Source of the DNA: Hypanus sabinus
Lineage: Eukaryota
Direction: 5' to 3'
Length of the DNA: 64,000 nt
Assembly: GCF_030144855.1 (NCBI RefSeq)
Contig: NC_082718.1
Coordinates: 52,762,001-52,826,000, forward strand
Under the pieces are notes generated by a model. That model worked only from the letters and a program-made list of their open reading frames with translations, did no database searches and had not been told where the DNA came from. Shown here in pieces: positions 61,160 to 64,000 of the stretch; within the stretch, counting starts at the first letter, position 1, and every line of letters starts with the position of its first letter. Position numbers and translations under genes: made by a program.

Positions 61160-62070
61160 ATGGTGTGAGTAACATTCTGAATCTCCACGTGGATAAGCCA
61201 AAAGAGATGATTATGGAGGTTGACCACTCTCCATTGCATATCCGTGGAGAGAGTAAAGAGCACAAAGTTCCTTGGTGTGCACCTAATGGATGATGTAATA
61301 TGGACCCACAGCAGCTCCATAAGTCAAGGCACAGCAAGCAGCATCTACACTTTCTGAGGCAATTCAGGCGTGCAAGGCTCCCCACCCCCATTCTACAAGA
61401 ATATCCTGTCCGGCTGCATCATCATGTGGCATCGGACTGCGAGACAGTAAAAGCTTCCAAGTGGATCACTTGGGTCTCCCTCACCCACTATTTGTGATAT
61501 TTACTGGGAGCGTTTTATATGAAGCACTGTTGACAATCTCTACCATCCATCACACAATCTCTTTGATCCACCAAGGTATGAAATACAGGAGCATAAGGTC
61601 TTGGAGCAGACTGGGTAACAGCTTCTTTACCCAGGCTGTGAGACTAATGAATACCCTGCCATCGCCAAGGTCTTGTCACTAGGACAGCGAGCAGTTTACT
61701 GTTTACCTATGCTGTGCGCTTTGCATGCATTTTGAATTATATTTTATAACTTATTTGTGGTAATATTTTATGTGCAGTGTTTGATGTATCGTGGGTGCAC
61801 CATGGCCTGTGTGGTGAACTACATATACCTGTCTGGATATGCCCCCTGCTGACTGCTCCTCTGGCTCCTCCCACAGACCCCTGTATAAAGGCGATTGAGG
61901 CCTGAGCCTGGGCTCTCAGTCTCCAGGATGTAGTATGGTAGTCAACCACTGCTTGTTCCTTCTTCCAGTCAATAAAAGCCCATATCTCGCCTTTACGTCT
62001 CAGAGTGAGTTATTGATGGTGCATCAGTCTGGAGAAACACTGTTTCATTTGGTTGTATATATGTAAACCA
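61160..62070 (+). mobile_element. Rex1-like 3' fragment interrupted by a solo LTR
   Basis: KQHLHFLRQFRRARL; YRSIRS..RLGNSFFTQAVRLMN. Confidence 0.7.
61810..62026 (+). mobile_element. Solo LTR (217 bp), same family as 14425-14612
   Basis: TG...CA, TATAAA, AATAAA, TSD GCCTG / GTCTG (1 mismatch). Confidence 0.88.
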
Positions 62071-62199
62071 AACTTCCAGAACAAGCACAGGTAAATCTCA
62101 GGGAAGGTAGAACACAAAGGGAGAGTGCAGAGTTGTCAGAGTGCTATCACTTTACACTTTGCTTCTCCTATGCACAGTTAAATTGACACATTTCTCTCA

Positions 62200-64000
62200 G
62201 TTCAGGTTTTTGGATAATTGGTCTTTGTTCCAGGGACATTGGGATCTGTTTCGAAGGGATGGTCTACATCTGAACCGGAGGGGTACTAACATTCTTGCAG
62301 GAGTATATACCAGTGCTGCTCGGGGGGGGGTTTAAACTAGATGTGCAGGGGGCAGGGATCCAGATCCAGAGGGTTGGTCAGAAGGTGCATGGGGTTAAAT
62401 GTGTACAAGGTTTGGGTGATCTTGAGAAGGTCATCAAAATTCAGGGTGCAATTTGCCCGATGGAAGTTCAAGGAGCTGGGTTAGGTACAGTAGACAGTGT
62501 TTTAAGCAAAGAGAGGAGGAATGGGCTAAGAATTCTATACTTGAATGCGCGTAGTGTCAGAAATAAGACAGATGAGCTTGAAGCTCAGACGAAAATGGGG
62601 AACTACGATATTGTTGGGATAACGGAGACATGGCTGCAAGGGGATCAGGCCTGGGAATTGAGTGTACCAGGGTATACGTGCTAACATAGAGACAGAAATA
62701 TGGGAAGAGGGGGTGGGGTGGCCCAGTGGGGAGGAATGAGATTCAGTCCTTAGCAAGAGGTGACTTGGGAACAGGGGAAGTAGAGTCTGTGTGGATTGAG
62801 CTGAGGAACAGTAAGGGTAAAAAGACCCTAATGGGTGTTGTGTACAGGCCCCCAAACAGTAGCGTGGATATTGGGTACAAGTTGATTAGGGAGTTAACAT
62901 TGGCATGTGCTAAAGGTAATGCAGTCGTTATGGGAGATTTCAACATGCAGGTGGACTGGGAGAATCAGGTAGGTGCTGGACCCCAGGATAGGGAGTTTGT
63001 GGAGTGTCTAAGGGATGTATTTTTGGAACAGCTTGTGCTTGAGCCAACCAGGAACGAGGCTATTTTGGACCTGGTGATGTGTAATGAACAGGAATTGATA
63101 AGTGATCTTGAAGTAAAGGAGCCATTAGGAAGTAGTGATCATAACATGATAAGTTTTTATCTACAATTTGAGAGGGATAGGGGCAGATCAGAGGTGTCAG
63201 TGTTGCAATTAAATAAAGGAGACTACGGAGCCATGAGGGATGAGCTGGCCAAAGTTAAATGGGCGGATGCCCTGGCAGGAAAGACAGTGGATCAGCAGTG
63301 GCAGATATTCTTGGGCATAATACAAAAGATGCAAATGCAGTTCATTCCAATGAGAAGGAAGGATTCAAAGAGGGGGAAGGGGCCACAGTGGTTGACAAAG
63401 GAAGTCAGAGATTGTATAGCATTAAAGAAAAAGAAGTATGACAGGGCTAAGATGAGTGGGAATACAGATGATTGGGAAAGTTTTAAGGAACAGCAGATCT
63501 TAACTAAAAAAGCAATACGGAGAGAAAAAATCAGGTATGAGCTCAGTCTAGTCAAGAATATAAAAGGGGATAGCAAAAGCTTTTTTAGCTATGTGAAGAG
63601 AAAGAAGATAGTTAAGAACAATGTTGGCCCCTTGAAGAATGAATTGGGAGAAATTGTTATGGGAAACAGGGAAATGGCAACAGAATTTAATGCATACTTT
63701 AGATCTGTCTTCACCAGGGAGGACACAAGCAATCTCCCAGATGTATGGATGGGCCAGGGTCATAAGATATCAGAGGAATTGAGACAGATTGACATTAGGA
63801 AAGAAACTGTGATGAGTAGACTGGTAGGACTGAAGGCTAATAAATCCCCGGGTCCAGATGGTCTGCGTCCGAGGGTTCTAAAAGAGGTGGCTCAGGAAAT
63901 TGCGGATGCATTGGTAATCATTTTCCAATGTTCCTTAGATTCAGGATCAGTTCCTGAAGATTGGAGAGTGGCTAATGTTGTCCCACTTTTCAAGAAGGGA
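62200..64000 (+). mobile_element. CR1 LINE, 5'-truncated within ORF1, defective ORF2; continues beyond the right edge
   Basis: Near-identical to the left-edge copy; APE (SDHN), KSPGPDG, WRVANVVPLFKKG; stop at 62682 and an indel near 62725. Confidence 0.95.

Overview
This is eukaryotic, repeat-dense intronic or intergenic DNA. The repeat inventory (CR1 with an esterase ORF1, Rex1, V-SINE/HE1-like SINEs, Penelope pLTRs) points to a cartilaginous fish, probably a ray; that assignment is inference. No host gene, rRNA, tRNA or CRISPR array can be supported. Contents: (i) two independent insertions of a compact 4.2-kb CsRn1/Boudicca-type Gypsy element, one very young with identical LTRs and open gag and pol; (ii) a near-full-length CR1 5' half at the left edge, a near-identical truncated copy at the right edge, and a second CR1 family in the middle; (iii) a decayed Mag-type Gypsy with TSD and a decayed chromovirus-type Gypsy hosting nested Rex1, HERO and Penelope insertions; (iv) R4/Dong fragments, hAT and Tc1 DNA transposons, solo LTRs and several non-coding non-autonomous retroposons. 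The most notable signals are translational. A U_UUA_AAC_stop -1 slippery site sits in register at the CR1 ORF1/ORF2 junction, with a corresponding junction in a second CR1 family. A G_GGA_AAC slippery site plus H-type pseudoknot sits at the Gypsy gag/pol junction. That Gypsy also has an AT-hook on its integrase, and the Penelope repeats carry hammerhead-like motifs. Boundaries of decayed elements are approximate (about 10-50 bp); LTR, TIR and TSD coordinates were read base by base.
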